A stretch of 64,000 nucleotides of DNA, from contig CAZEVD010000001.1 in assembly GCA_964515475.1 (NCBI GenBank), positions 90,636-154,635 of the forward strand, written 5' to 3'. The notes below the pieces were generated by a model. The model made no database searches and had not been told where the DNA came from. It saw only the letters and a list, made by a program, of their open reading frames with translations. The DNA comes from an uncultured Eubacteriales bacterium (GTDB lineage: Bacteria > Bacillota > Clostridia > TANB77 > UBA1234). Of the stretch, positions 32,279-41,644 are shown one piece after another. The translations under genes were made by a program, and so were the position numbers. Each line of letters opens with the position of its first letter. Positions within the stretch are counted from its first letter, which is position 1.

Positions 32279-33265
32279 ATGAAAGAAAAAATATCAATTG
32301 TTGTGCCGATGTATAATGAAGAAGAGGTTGCAAATGAATTCTATACTAGAACGACAGCTGTGTTGAAAGAACTTCCTTATAATTATGAATTGATTATAGT
32401 AAATGATGGCAGTAGAGATAAAACTTTAGAAATAGTTCTTGGTTTTGTTGATAAAGATGAACATGTAAAAGTTATCAATTTTTCAAGAAATTTTGGACAT
32501 CAAGCTGCAATTACTGCTGGAATAGAAAATGCAGAAGGAGATGCGATAATAACGATTGATGCAGATTTACAAGATCCACCAGAAGTAATGATTGATATGA
32601 TTGCTGAATGGCAAAAAGGTTTTGATATTGTTTATGCAAAAAGAAAGAGTAGAAAAACAGATACATTTTTTAAAAGATTTACGGCAAATATGTATTACAA
32701 AATTTTAAATAAACTATCTGATGTAAAAACTCCTGAAAATGTAGGAGACTTTAGATTAATAAGTAAAAGAGTTCAAGAAGTATTTAAAAAATTACCGGAA
32801 AAAGATAGATATATTAGAGGGATGTTTGCTTGGATGGGATTTAAACAAAGCATCGTAGAATTTGATAGGCAATCAAGATTTGCTGGTGAAACTAAATATC
32901 CGCTTAAGAAAATGTTGAAACTTGCATTTAGTGGAATTATAGGTTTTTCAACAAAGCCGTTACAATTAATCATAAAGCTAGGTTTATTAACAACATTCAT
33001 ATCTTTTATTTTGTTAATATATGCAATTGTAGTAAAGATAATGGGATATACGACAAGTGGTTGGGCATCACTTATGGTTGCAATAACATTTATCGGTGGA
33101 ATTCAATTATTATCTTTAGGAATTGTTGCTGAATATATAGGTAAAATTTATGGAGAGGTAAAAGACAGACCTGTATATATAATAATGGACAAGTATTCAA
33201 GAGAGAATACCAAACATACTCCTAAGATGATTGAAAAATTAAAAAATCTATGGGGACAGTCCTAA
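32279..33265 (+). CDS. GT2 polyisoprenyl-phosphate glycosyltransferase (GtrB/ArnC-like)
   Basis: VVPMYNEE...IIVNDGSRD...DADLQD (DXD motif) and two C-terminal TM helices. Confidence 0.85.
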   Translation: MKEKISIVVPMYNEEEVANEFYTRTTAVLKELPYNYELIIVNDGSRDKTLEIVLGFVDKDEHVKVINFSRNFGHQAAITAGIENAEGDAIITIDADLQDPPEVMIDMIAEWQKGFDIVYAKRKSRKTDTFFKRFTANMYYKILNKLSDVKTPENVGDFRLISKRVQEVFKKLPEKDRYIRGMFAWMGFKQSIVEFDRQSRFAGETKYPLKKMLKLAFSGIIGFSTKPLQLIIKLGLLTTFISFILLIYAIVVKIMGYTTSGWASLMVAITFIGGIQLLSLGIVAEYIGKIYGEVKDRPVYIIMDKYSRENTKHTPKMIEKLKNLWGQS

Positions 33266-33331
33266 AAAGGACACCCTCAAATTTGTTTTTTGAACAACAA
33301 ATTTGAGGGTGTCCTTTTTAGGATTGTCCCC
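33252..33331. repeat. GC-rich palindrome C with 36-bp arms and one mismatch
   Basis: GGGGACAGTCCTAAAAAGGACACCCTCAAATTTGTT (33252-33287) pairs with 33296-33331. It overlaps the gtrB-like stop codon. Confidence 0.85.
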
Positions 33332-33488
33332 GTAGAGAAATCTTAATTTACATACAACATTCACATAAGAAAAATTATCCGTAAACAGAGCAAACATAAT
33401 AAATTGCAAAACTCGCAAATGCTTGCAAATACTAAAAGAGAACATAAAACATTACTTAAAATTTATCTGAAAATTTTGTCTGTTTTTC

Positions 33489-33516
33489 TTGAAAAAAAAT
33501 ATAAGTATTGTAGAAT
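33489..33516 (+). promoter_or_regulatory. Candidate sigma-A promoter upstream of nrdD
   Basis: TTGAAA, 16-nt spacer, TAGAAT. The leader would be about 170 nt. Confidence 0.3.
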
Positions 33517-33687
33517 ATTAATTGAAAGTTTTGTGAAAATATTTTATAAAAATATTTTCATTTTTTTAAGTAATAGGTAATATATCGACATAATTGGTAT
33601 GAAATATTATCTCGGAATCCTACGAATGAAAAAAACAATGATTACAAAAGATGAACACATATAGAAGAACGAAGGGGGTAATATAAA

Positions 33688-35886
33688 ATGAACGTAATTA
33701 AATTAAAAAGGGAAAACAACGCATTAGACATCGCACTAATGGTTGAATCTGCAACAAAAACTGAAAGACAAGAGTATGATGAGTCAGCAATTGTTGATTC
33801 TCTAGTTAAAGAAACTGGCTGTGATAAAGCTTTAGCGAAAGAGATTGCTGGAATTGTTACAGAAAGATTGATGAAAGCTCAACTTTCAGAAGTTAGCACA
33901 TCATTGATTAGATCAATGGTTAATAACGTTTTATTAGAGAAAGGCTTAAACAAAGAATTAAAAAATAATTCAGAAGCTTCAATTCCTTTCTATAACATAA
34001 CAGAAATTATAACAAATGCTAACAAAGAAAATGGTAATACAGCTCACAATCCAGAGTCAATTAATTTGACACTTGCTGAGAGAATTTTAAAAGAATATGC
34101 GCTTAAAAATGTTTTTGATTCTGATATTTCAGCAGCTCATTTATCTGGAGAGCTTCATATACATGATTTAGGCATGATTGACAGATTTTATTGTTCTGGA
34201 CACTCTCCTGAGTATGTAAAAAAGAATGGTATTAGAAACATTCCTACAATACCTTCTAATTCGAAACCGGCTAACAGTGCAGCGGTACTTGCAAGACATA
34301 TTTGTTCTTTTACTCAATTCTTACAAGGACAATTTGCAGGAGCTATTGGTTGGGAAGCAATTAATATATTCTTTGCTCCATTAATTGCAGGAATGCCATA
34401 TAAAGATATTAAGCAATTAGCTCAAACTTTGATATTTGACTTATCACAACTTGCTGGTGCGAGAGGTGGACAAGTTGCTTTCTCAGATTTTAATGTATAC
34501 GTATCAGTTCCTCACCACTATCGTGAAGTGTTTGCTATGGGACCAAGAGGCAAATACATGGTTACAGATGAACTAAATGGTATTGAGTATTTCGATACAC
34601 AAGATGAAGCGAAAGCTTATTCAGAAGAAACAGGTTATAGAATTTTAAAATATAAAGATTATGAAAAAGAGTCTATGCTATTTGCTAAAGCACTTCTTGA
34701 AGTTGTTGGAGAAGGCGATGCAGATGGAATGCCATTTGCATTCCCTAAGATAAATCTTCATATTAATGAAGAATCATTCACAGATCCAAAAGCTAAAGCC
34801 TTATTAATGGTTGCGTGTGAATCTTCAAGCAAAAATGGATGTCCTTATTTCATATTTGATAGAAATGCATTTTCAGTTTCACAATGCTGCAGATTGAAAA
34901 TAGATTTCTCAGAAGAAGACAAGAAACTTATTGACACACCAGAAGAGTTAAGATTTGTTGGTGGACAAAACGTTTCAATTAATATGCCAAACATTCCATT
35001 AAAAGTTGGTAAAAATAAAGAAGCTTTTTATAAAGAACTTGAATCTAGAATGGAATTGGCTGCGAGAGCTAATTTACAAAGACAAAACTTTGTTTGGAAA
35101 CTTGCTAGTTTAGAAAATTCTCCATTAAGTTTCTATACAAACGGTATGGATGGAAAAGCTTATATTAGATTAAAAAATATTTCATATTTGATAGGTATTG
35201 TTGGTCTTAATGAATGTGTTTATAACCTAATTGGTGAACAACTTCATGAATCAGATGAAGCGTACATGTTAGGTCTTGAAATTGTTTCTTTCATGTATCA
35301 ACAAACAAAAGTATTATCTAAGAAATATGGAATTAACCTAAAACTAGAAGAAACTCCTGCTGAAAGTACAGCTGGTAGATTTGCTAAATTAGATATTAAG
35401 AAATATGGCGAGGCTGCATATCATAAAGAAAATCAATTTGGAGTTTATTATACAAACTCAGTTCATTTTGCTGCTGATAGCGATGTTGATTATGTAACAA
35501 GATTACAAAAACAATCTAAATTCCATACATTAGTTGAAGCTGGTAGTATGATTCATATTTGGTCTGGAAATAATGTTCCTAGTCCAAAAGCAATTTACAA
35601 ACTACTTGAAACAACTTGGTACAAGACAAAATGCGTACAATGGGTATTATCACCAGAGTATACATTGTGCCATGAATGCGGAACAAAGAGTAACGGATTA
35701 TTAGAACAATGTCCAAAATGTGGAAGTATTGATATAAGAGGCGTTACAAGAATAACAGGATACTATGTATTTATCGACAAGTTTAATAGTGGCAAACGTG
35801 CTGAACTTGCTGATAGACTAAGAGAAAATATTGATAGAGAGCAAGTTATAAAAGCTCAAGAAGATATTGAAAAAACAGCTAACTAA
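33688..35886 (+). CDS. nrdD: Anaerobic ribonucleoside-triphosphate reductase (class III)
   Basis: N-terminal ATP-cone. C-terminal Zn ribbon CHECG...CPKCG. Glycyl-radical region RITGYY. Confidence 0.9.
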   Translation: MNVIKLKRENNALDIALMVESATKTERQEYDESAIVDSLVKETGCDKALAKEIAGIVTERLMKAQLSEVSTSLIRSMVNNVLLEKGLNKELKNNSEASIPFYNITEIITNANKENGNTAHNPESINLTLAERILKEYALKNVFDSDISAAHLSGELHIHDLGMIDRFYCSGHSPEYVKKNGIRNIPTIPSNSKPANSAAVLARHICSFTQFLQGQFAGAIGWEAINIFFAPLIAGMPYKDIKQLAQTLIFDLSQLAGARGGQVAFSDFNVYVSVPHHYREVFAMGPRGKYMVTDELNGIEYFDTQDEAKAYSEETGYRILKYKDYEKESMLFAKALLEVVGEGDADGMPFAFPKINLHINEESFTDPKAKALLMVACESSSKNGCPYFIFDRNAFSVSQCCRLKIDFSEEDKKLIDTPEELRFVGGQNVSINMPNIPLKVGKNKEAFYKELESRMELAARANLQRQNFVWKLASLENSPLSFYTNGMDGKAYIRLKNISYLIGIVGLNECVYNLIGEQLHESDEAYMLGLEIVSFMYQQTKVLSKKYGINLKLEETPAESTAGRFAKLDIKKYGEAAYHKENQFGVYYTNSVHFAADSDVDYVTRLQKQSKFHTLVEAGSMIHIWSGNNVPSPKAIYKLLETTWYKTKCVQWVLSPEYTLCHECGTKSNGLLEQCPKCGSIDIRGVTRITGYYVFIDKFNSGKRAELADRLRENIDREQVIKAQEDIEKTAN

Positions 35887-35905
35887 TTAAGGGGGATTTT
35901 TAAAA

Positions 35906-36127
35906 ATGGTAAAAGCATATACAATGACAAATTGTCCTATGTGTGAGGAACTAAAAGCTTATATGAGAAACAGTCATATAGCTTATGAAGAAGCAAATGT
36001 GGATACAGATCCAAGAGCTAGAGCAGTAATGGTAGTTAACGATATTGAACAAATGCCTGCTGTAGAAGTTAATGGAAAACTTTATTCGGGAGATGTTGAT
36101 GAACTAAAGAATATTGTAAAGATGTAA
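35906..36127 (+). CDS. NrdH/glutaredoxin-like small redoxin
   Basis: 73 aa with a CPMC active site and thioredoxin-fold spacing. Confidence 0.6.
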   Translation: MVKAYTMTNCPMCEELKAYMRNSHIAYEEANVDTDPRARAVMVVNDIEQMPAVEVNGKLYSGDVDELKNIVKM

Positions 36128-36155
36128 TAAGTTACATTTATAAAGATGGTTAGTT

Positions 36156-36187
36156 AAAAGCGAGCATCAATTGCTCGCTTTTTTTAA
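36156..36187 (+). terminator. Hairpin plus T-run after the nrdH-like gene (possible partial terminator within the operon)
   Basis: GCGAGCA-TCAAT-TGCTCGC followed by TTTTTTT. Confidence 0.6.
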
Positions 36188-36238
36188 CGGACGACATATA
36201 ACGTTAATGTTATATAGAGCAGAAATTAGGAGGAACAA

Positions 36239-36904
36239 ATGATTAAATCAGTAATTTGGTCAAGTATGATAGATTATCCTGATAATGTTTGTACAACATT
36301 ATTTACTGGAGTTTGCAACTTTGACTGCGAATTTTGTTATAATAAAGGATTATTGAATGAAAAAGAGATAAATTTCGAAGATGAAATTTTACCTAAGTTA
36401 CTTGATAGAAAAGATTTTATTGATCATGTTATTATTTCTGGTGGTGAATGCACAATTCATCCGGATTTTGAAAAAATAATAAATGTGTTATATGAAAATG
36501 GATTTAAAATAGGAATACATACAAATGGATATGCTCCAGAAATCTTAGAGAAGATAATGGATAAAATAGATTATGTTGGAATGGATATAAAAAACGATTT
36601 TGAAAATTATGATAGAATAACAGCAACAAAAGTTGATGTTGATAAAATTAAAAAATCAGTGGCTATGATTTTAGATAGTGGTGTAAATTACGAATTTAGA
36701 ACAACAGTATATCCTAAATATTTGAAAAGTGAAAATGTTGTAAATATAGCTAAGTATTTAAAAGATGCTGGTGTAAAAAAGTTTGTTTTACAAAATTATT
36801 TTGATCATAATAAAACAGTTATACCATATTCTGCAGAAAAAATGAAAGAAATAAAAGCTGAGTGTGATGAATATTTACCAACAACTTTGAGGGGAATAAT
36901 ATAA
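36239..36904 (+). CDS. nrdG: Anaerobic ribonucleotide reductase activating protein (radical SAM)
   Basis: CNFDCEFC CxxxCxxC motif. Confidence 0.85.
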   Translation: MIKSVIWSSMIDYPDNVCTTLFTGVCNFDCEFCYNKGLLNEKEINFEDEILPKLLDRKDFIDHVIISGGECTIHPDFEKIINVLYENGFKIGIHTNGYAPEILEKIMDKIDYVGMDIKNDFENYDRITATKVDVDKIKKSVAMILDSGVNYEFRTTVYPKYLKSENVVNIAKYLKDAGVKKFVLQNYFDHNKTVIPYSAEKMKEIKAECDEYLPTTLRGII

Positions 36905-36921
36905 GAAAGGGACTGATAAAT

Positions 36922-37134
36922 ATGACAAATGAAATAATCGAAAAAGGATTACAATTAAATCCAAATATGAAATTGAACGAGGACCAGGAGCACGTGAAAA
37001 GAATATTAGTTGGAATAGAGAAAAAAGACGGACATTGCCCTTGTGTTATAACTGTAAATGAGGATACAATATGTCCTTGTAAGAAAATGAGAGAAGAGAG
37101 CAAATGCTGTTGCAAATTGTATATAAATAAGTAG
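36922..37134 (+). CDS. Ferredoxin:thioredoxin reductase catalytic-subunit-like Cys-rich protein
   Basis: CPC...CPC...CCC.LY pattern resembling FTR catalytic chain CPC/CHC motifs. Confidence 0.45.
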   Translation: MTNEIIEKGLQLNPNMKLNEDQEHVKRILVGIEKKDGHCPCVITVNEDTICPCKKMREESKCCCKLYINK

Positions 37135-37266
37135 ACATAAAAATAAAGCTAACTGAGAGAAAAAAGACGCTAATGCTTGAAATTTAGGCATTTCAGGCAT
37201 TAGCTTGTTTGTATGAGCCGAGCTAAAAAGATTCGAAAAAATAATTAAAAAAAGACTAAATTTTTG

Positions 37267-37295
37267 TTGACAATGAAGTCAATCTCTATTATACT
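37267..37295 (+). promoter_or_regulatory. Sigma-A promoter for the tRNA pair
   Basis: TTGACA (37267-72), 17 nt, TATACT (37290-95). Confidence 0.7.
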
Positions 37296-37312
37296 ATCAT
37301 TTGTCAGCTGAT

Positions 37313-37389
37313 GGATCTTTAGCTCAGTTGGTTAGAGCAACCGGCTCATAACCGGTCGGTCCGGGGTTCGAGTCCCTGAAGATCCACCA
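37313..37389 (+). tRNA. tRNA with CAT anticodon; Ile2 (lysidine)-like body, could also be elongator Met
   Basis: Cloverleaf with CTCATAA anticodon loop. Near-identical to B. subtilis tRNA-Ile(CAU). Encoded CCA. Confidence 0.85.
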
Positions 37390-37409
37390 CTAACTTAAAC
37401 TTAATAAAT

Positions 37410-37494
37410 GGGTAGATGGCCGAGTGGCTAAAGGCGGCAGACTGTAAATCTGTTCTCATCGAGTACGGTGGTTCGAATCCACCTCTGCCCACCA
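37410..37494 (+). tRNA. tRNA-Tyr (GTA)
   Basis: ACTGTAAAT anticodon loop, long variable arm, encoded CCA. Terminator hairpin at 37497-37526. Confidence 0.85.
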
Positions 37495-37640
37495 ATGAAA
37501 AGTCGTGCAAAGCACGACTTTTTTATTTGTGGAATCAGAGGTGAGATTCGAAAAAGAGCGTGAGTCAGACAAGCTAAAAGCGAAGACTAACGAACAAGAA
37601 ATAGTCCAGTGGACTATTTCGTAGCGATGCGGGTCGTAAG

Positions 37641-37657
37641 TCCACCTCTGCCCACCA
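37641..37657 (+). repeat. 17-bp direct duplicate of the tRNA-Tyr 3' end (TCCACCTCTGCCCACCA)
   Basis: Identical to 37478-37494. It is preceded by a degenerate T-arm-like GGGTCGTAAG, in place of GGTTCGAATCC. Confidence 0.8.
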
Positions 37658-37733
37658 AAAAAACGAGGTGGATTGATTTTATAAAAAGCAAGAATTATAA
37701 TGGTATTATAATTTGTACCAAGGAGGAGATTTT

Positions 37734-38723
37734 GTGAAGAAATATTTTTTAATAGTAATGGCTTTAGCATCTTTAAGTTTAGCAGGATGTGCTAAAAAAG
37801 GTGTTAATGGAGGAATTCCTACTCCGGATGATTTGTCTGGAAAAGGTGAAGTTCAAGTAAATGTATCTGGTGAAGAAAAAAATCCATATAAATTAAGTGA
37901 TGGATATGTATTAACAGATGAAATGATGAGCGCTGACATTTATAATGTTATGAATGATGAAATAAGAAAGGATATTACTGTTGAATCAGACGAAATGTCA
38001 TTTGAAATTAAATGTGTAGATATAGGTAGTGGGGATGTTAAAATTACAGTAAATGGTGAAGATTTGAAATTGACTTTTGTGACAAAACCTTACGAAGATG
38101 CTCCAGAGTTAGTAAGTAGTCAAACTTCTGATTGGGTTGGTGTTGTCGATTTAGATGAAACAGATAATTATAAGGAAATTGTTGTTAACAGACTTCTTGG
38201 TCAAGGTGAAGTAAGAGATGCGAATGATTTACAATTCTTTAAATTAACTAAAGAAGGCGCAAAATACATTGGTGCTTTTACATATGATCATTTTCTAAAT
38301 TGCAAAGAAGATATATTTGTAAAAATAAATGATAAATATATTATTCCTAAACTAAGTAGTGATGTAGCGCCTACTAAATTAGCTATGGGATATCACGAAT
38401 ATGTTAATGGAAATTTTATGTATGTTGATAAGTTTTTAACAGGTGAAGAAATTGCTGATGAAGAAGGTAATTTTTCTCCAGAATTTCAAAAACAAGTATT
38501 TTCTATCTTTAATGAAGGCGGTTATGGTGGTTTACGTTTAGAAAGCGGAGATACTATAAATGGAGATATAAGCTTTATTAAAAGAAATGTTGTTGATGCT
38601 GGAGGTTGGTCTTATTATACATATGATGTAAAAGTTGTGGGAGATAATACTTCAACTCGTTATTGGGATGATACTGAATCTAAGCCTGTTGCGGATGGCA
38701 CGATTTTACAAAATGTTAGATAA
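37734..38723 (+). CDS. Lipoprotein of unknown function (GTG start after RBS AAGGAGG)
   Basis: Lipobox LSLAGC. Confidence 0.4.
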   Translation: MKKYFLIVMALASLSLAGCAKKGVNGGIPTPDDLSGKGEVQVNVSGEEKNPYKLSDGYVLTDEMMSADIYNVMNDEIRKDITVESDEMSFEIKCVDIGSGDVKITVNGEDLKLTFVTKPYEDAPELVSSQTSDWVGVVDLDETDNYKEIVVNRLLGQGEVRDANDLQFFKLTKEGAKYIGAFTYDHFLNCKEDIFVKINDKYIIPKLSSDVAPTKLAMGYHEYVNGNFMYVDKFLTGEEIADEEGNFSPEFQKQVFSIFNEGGYGGLRLESGDTINGDISFIKRNVVDAGGWSYYTYDVKVVGDNTSTRYWDDTESKPVADGTILQNVR

Positions 38724-38756
38724 AACGAGAAATAATAGTATTTTGGGAGGAAACAA

Positions 38757-39251
38757 ATGCAAAAAATTACATGTATATTACTCATGTCAGTAATGTTATT
38801 TGTGTTACCAACTTTTTCATATGCAGCTACATTCGAAAGTTTTTTAGAAGATATTGGAATGGTTTTATTCATAGAAGCATTTGTAACAATACATATGTCG
38901 ATTTTTGTATTGTTTCCCTTAGCATGTATCTTGAATAAGAATAAAGTAGCTAAGACGTTTTGGATGATGTTTTTTATAAGAATAGTAGTTTTGTTGTATT
39001 TTGATTTCTTTGTTTCTACTGCAATTGCTATGGTAGACTTTTTTGCGGTATTCATAGGAGCTTTTATTATTGTTCCGCTGGCTGCTATCATTAAGTTTAA
39101 AATAGATAAGAAGAAAAGAGAAATAGATGATGCAAGTTTAAACAGTATTTTTGTAAAAGAGAAAAAAGAACATAAAGAAGAAGCTATTATAGAAGAGTCT
39201 GTTTTTGAAGAGTTTATAGATACTAATGATGATCCGATAACTAGATATTAA
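38757..39251 (+). CDS. Hypothetical membrane protein
   Basis: Four TM helices and an acidic tail. Bidirectional terminator at 39254-39293. Confidence 0.3.
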   Translation: MQKITCILLMSVMLFVLPTFSYAATFESFLEDIGMVLFIEAFVTIHMSIFVLFPLACILNKNKVAKTFWMMFFIRIVVLLYFDFFVSTAIAMVDFFAVFIGAFIIVPLAAIIKFKIDKKKREIDDASLNSIFVKEKKEHKEEAIIEESVFEEFIDTNDDPITRY

Positions 39252-39323
39252 TAAAAAAAGTAGACATTTAACAATGTCTACTTTTTCTTTTTTAAACATA
39301 AGGTTATTAGATAATCACAAATT

Positions 39324-39836
39324 TTATAATGAATATTTTTCGTCTAGATAAATGCTTGTTTCTTCTAAATCGTTAAAGTTTGCTTGTCTTAAAAGTTCGT
39401 ATGTTACAATTGCTACTGAATTTGATAGATTCAAAGAGCGAAGAGTCTTTTTCATTGGAATTCTAATTGCAGTATCTAAATTGTTTAGTAATAAATCTTC
39501 TGGTAATCCTTTTGTTTCTTTCCCAAATACGATAAAAACTTCTTCAAATTTTGAAAAATCCACTTCGGTATAGCATTTATGTCCTTTTGTTGTTAAAAAA
39601 TACATATGTTTTTCTTTAGCGGGATATTTTTCTAAAAATTTTTCAAGTGATTCATGTTCTTCAATTTCTACTTTATCCCAATAATCTAAACCAGCGCGAC
39701 GTACTTGTTTTTCAGATATATCAAAACCTAGTGGATGAACAAGGTGCAATTTAGTTCCGGTTGCAGCGCATGTTCTTGCGATATTTCCTGTATTTTGTGG
39801 TATTTCAGGTTCTACTAGTACAATATTTATTTTCAT
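39324..39836 (-). CDS. trmL: tRNA (cytidine/uridine-2'-O)-methyltransferase TrmL (SpoU family)
   Basis: MKINIVLVEPEIPQNTGNIARTCAA...IPM...SLNLSN, characteristic of YibK/TrmL. Confidence 0.8.
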   Translation of the reverse strand: MKINIVLVEPEIPQNTGNIARTCAATGTKLHLVHPLGFDISEKQVRRAGLDYWDKVEIEEHESLEKFLEKYPAKEKHMYFLTTKGHKCYTEVDFSKFEEVFIVFGKETKGLPEDLLLNNLDTAIRIPMKKTLRSLNLSNSVAIVTYELLRQANFNDLEETSIYLDEKYSL

Positions 39837-40017
39837 CGATTATAACGCTTCCTTTCTAAACATCTAGATAGAAAGATAGCACATAATTTGCGAAAAATCA
39901 AATAAAATGGTAAAAAAAGGAATAGAAATTATTGTGTTATTTCCGGTGATTTAATATTGTCAAAATCTTCAAAATATGTTAATATATTCACTGTCATAAG
40001 ACGAAGGAGGAGAAGTA

Positions 40018-40263
40018 ATGGAATTTTTACAAAATATATTAACTGTTTCACAAATATTTGTTGGTGTTGTAGCTATGATTTTCATACTATTACAAGATGC
40101 TAACGAACATTCAAACATCATTGTTGCTGATTCAAGCAAGGGCGGAAATATGGGATCAAGCAGAAATGAAAAATTAGCTAAACGTACAAAAGTACTTGCT
40201 ATAATATATGTTGTGTTGACAATAGCATTAGGCGTTGTAATGACTCTTACAACTGTTAAATAA
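40018..40263 (+). CDS. secG: Preprotein translocase subunit SecG
   Basis: About 80 aa, two TM helices, with the LLQ...GG.GSS central motif. Confidence 0.55.
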   Translation: MEFLQNILTVSQIFVGVVAMIFILLQDANEHSNIIVADSSKGGNMGSSRNEKLAKRTKVLAIIYVVLTIALGVVMTLTTVK

Positions 40264-40304
40264 TTATTTTTGGAAATAACATTGAAAGATAGATAATGTT
40301 ATAC

Positions 40305-40355
40305 CAACGAGCGCTGTCATGTATATGATGATAGCGCTCGTTTTGTTTTTGTTTT
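40305..40355. terminator. Bidirectional terminator between secG (+) and the gerA operon (-)
   Basis: 10-bp stem AACGAGCGCT/AGCGCTCGTT followed by a T-run. Confidence 0.7.
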
Positions 40356-40447
40356 TATATTCATAATTTCCATATGGTAGTGCGTAAATACCGGAAATAA
40401 TAGATAGTATAATTATAATAAAATCAAAAAAAGTCATAAAATCCTTT

Positions 40448-41644
40448 CTACACATTTGGTAATCGGTGAAATGCCGTTTCAGAAATATTTAAATCCACCT
40501 TAGAGATTATTTCAATTTTTGAATTTTTAAATATTTCTTTCCACTTGATTTTTTCAAATTCATCCCAAGTAAGATAATTAACTTTTGCATATTTACCTAA
40601 AGCTACAATATCTGAATTTATTTCTTTTAGTGTATCTAAATAATCAGTAAGTTGATTAGTAAGCTTTGATTCAAGAGAATCTTTTAGTTTATCTCTATTT
40701 TCTTTATCAACGTAATCTGTTGTTCCTTCAGAAGATAATATATGCGCATTTATATATGTTGTAATTTTTATATTTGGTATGTTATCTTGAATATTGATTT
40801 CGTAACTACATTTGCGTGATGGAGTTAAAGTAAAAGTTACAATTTCTGCTGGCTCATTTATATCAGGTATTCCGACAGTTCCACGTTCTAATGTGTTGGT
40901 TAATATTAGGTGAGATAAAGCTTTTTCAATTGGAATTGTCGATGTCATTTTTCCACCATCAAAGGTTGCAATTCCTGAAATTTGAATTTCATTTTTTTCG
41001 TTTGAAGAATTATTTTTTTCAGTTTCTTTTTGGTCGCTATCTGTTTTTTCTTTAGAACTTTTTAATACAATTGCATATGCATCTCTGTCAATACTTTGAG
41101 CAGATTTATAAAAGTCAAATAATTCTGATGAAACAAATAAATTTGTATAATTATTTGATGCAAAAAATAATTCATAGAATCTTGCTGTGCTAGATTCTAA
41201 TACAGGAGAAACATTTGAAAGAAAATCTTTTGTTTTTCCTTCACAGATTGCAATAGTGGTTTTAGGCCTAATATCAACATTTGCCATCAACTCACTTATG
41301 TGTCCACTTAAATCTTCTTTAGCTAATTCTTCAGAATATATAATTAATTTTACATTCGCTAAGTTTATTTCTTTACTTGTTTGCGTATTAACGATAGAGT
41401 TAGCCAAATAAAGCGATGGAGCAGAAACTGTATACGTGGTGTAGTTTTCTTTTCCGGTGCTACTTTCTGTTCCAGATAATTTTAGGGGAATTGCAATTTG
41501 ATATGTTATATCTAAGTTTTTTTCTTCGCCTTTGTCTATTCCGATTGCAATGACATACGCTAAATCATCTAATTCTTTTCTGTCATAGCATCCAGTTAAT
41601 AGCAGAGGTATTAACAATATAAATAATAATTTAAAAAGTTTCAT
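40448..41644 (-). CDS. gerAC: Spore germination lipoprotein, Ger(x)C family
   Basis: Lipobox LLLTGC, then YDRKELDDLAYVIAIGID, the GerAC-family signature. Confidence 0.8.
   Translation of the reverse strand: MKLFKLLFILLIPLLLTGCYDRKELDDLAYVIAIGIDKGEEKNLDITYQIAIPLKLSGTESSTGKENYTTYTVSAPSLYLANSIVNTQTSKEINLANVKLIIYSEELAKEDLSGHISELMANVDIRPKTTIAICEGKTKDFLSNVSPVLESSTARFYELFFASNNYTNLFVSSELFDFYKSAQSIDRDAYAIVLKSSKEKTDSDQKETEKNNSSNEKNEIQISGIATFDGGKMTSTIPIEKALSHLILTNTLERGTVGIPDINEPAEIVTFTLTPSRKCSYEINIQDNIPNIKITTYINAHILSSEGTTDYVDKENRDKLKDSLESKLTNQLTDYLDTLKEINSDIVALGKYAKVNYLTWDEFEKIKWKEIFKNSKIEIISKVDLNISETAFHRLPNV

Noticed and set aside
33520-33690. NrdR boxes upstream of nrdD
   Set aside because: Only short AAATATTT palindromes with wrong spacing were found. 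There is no convincing 16-bp NrdR box pair.
37456-37770. 104-aa minus-strand ORF
   Set aside because: It overlaps the tRNA-Tyr region and its terminator, with no RBS.
40264-40455. 63-aa minus-strand small ORF downstream of gerAC
   Set aside because: It spans the secG/gerA bidirectional terminator hairpin and is likely spurious.
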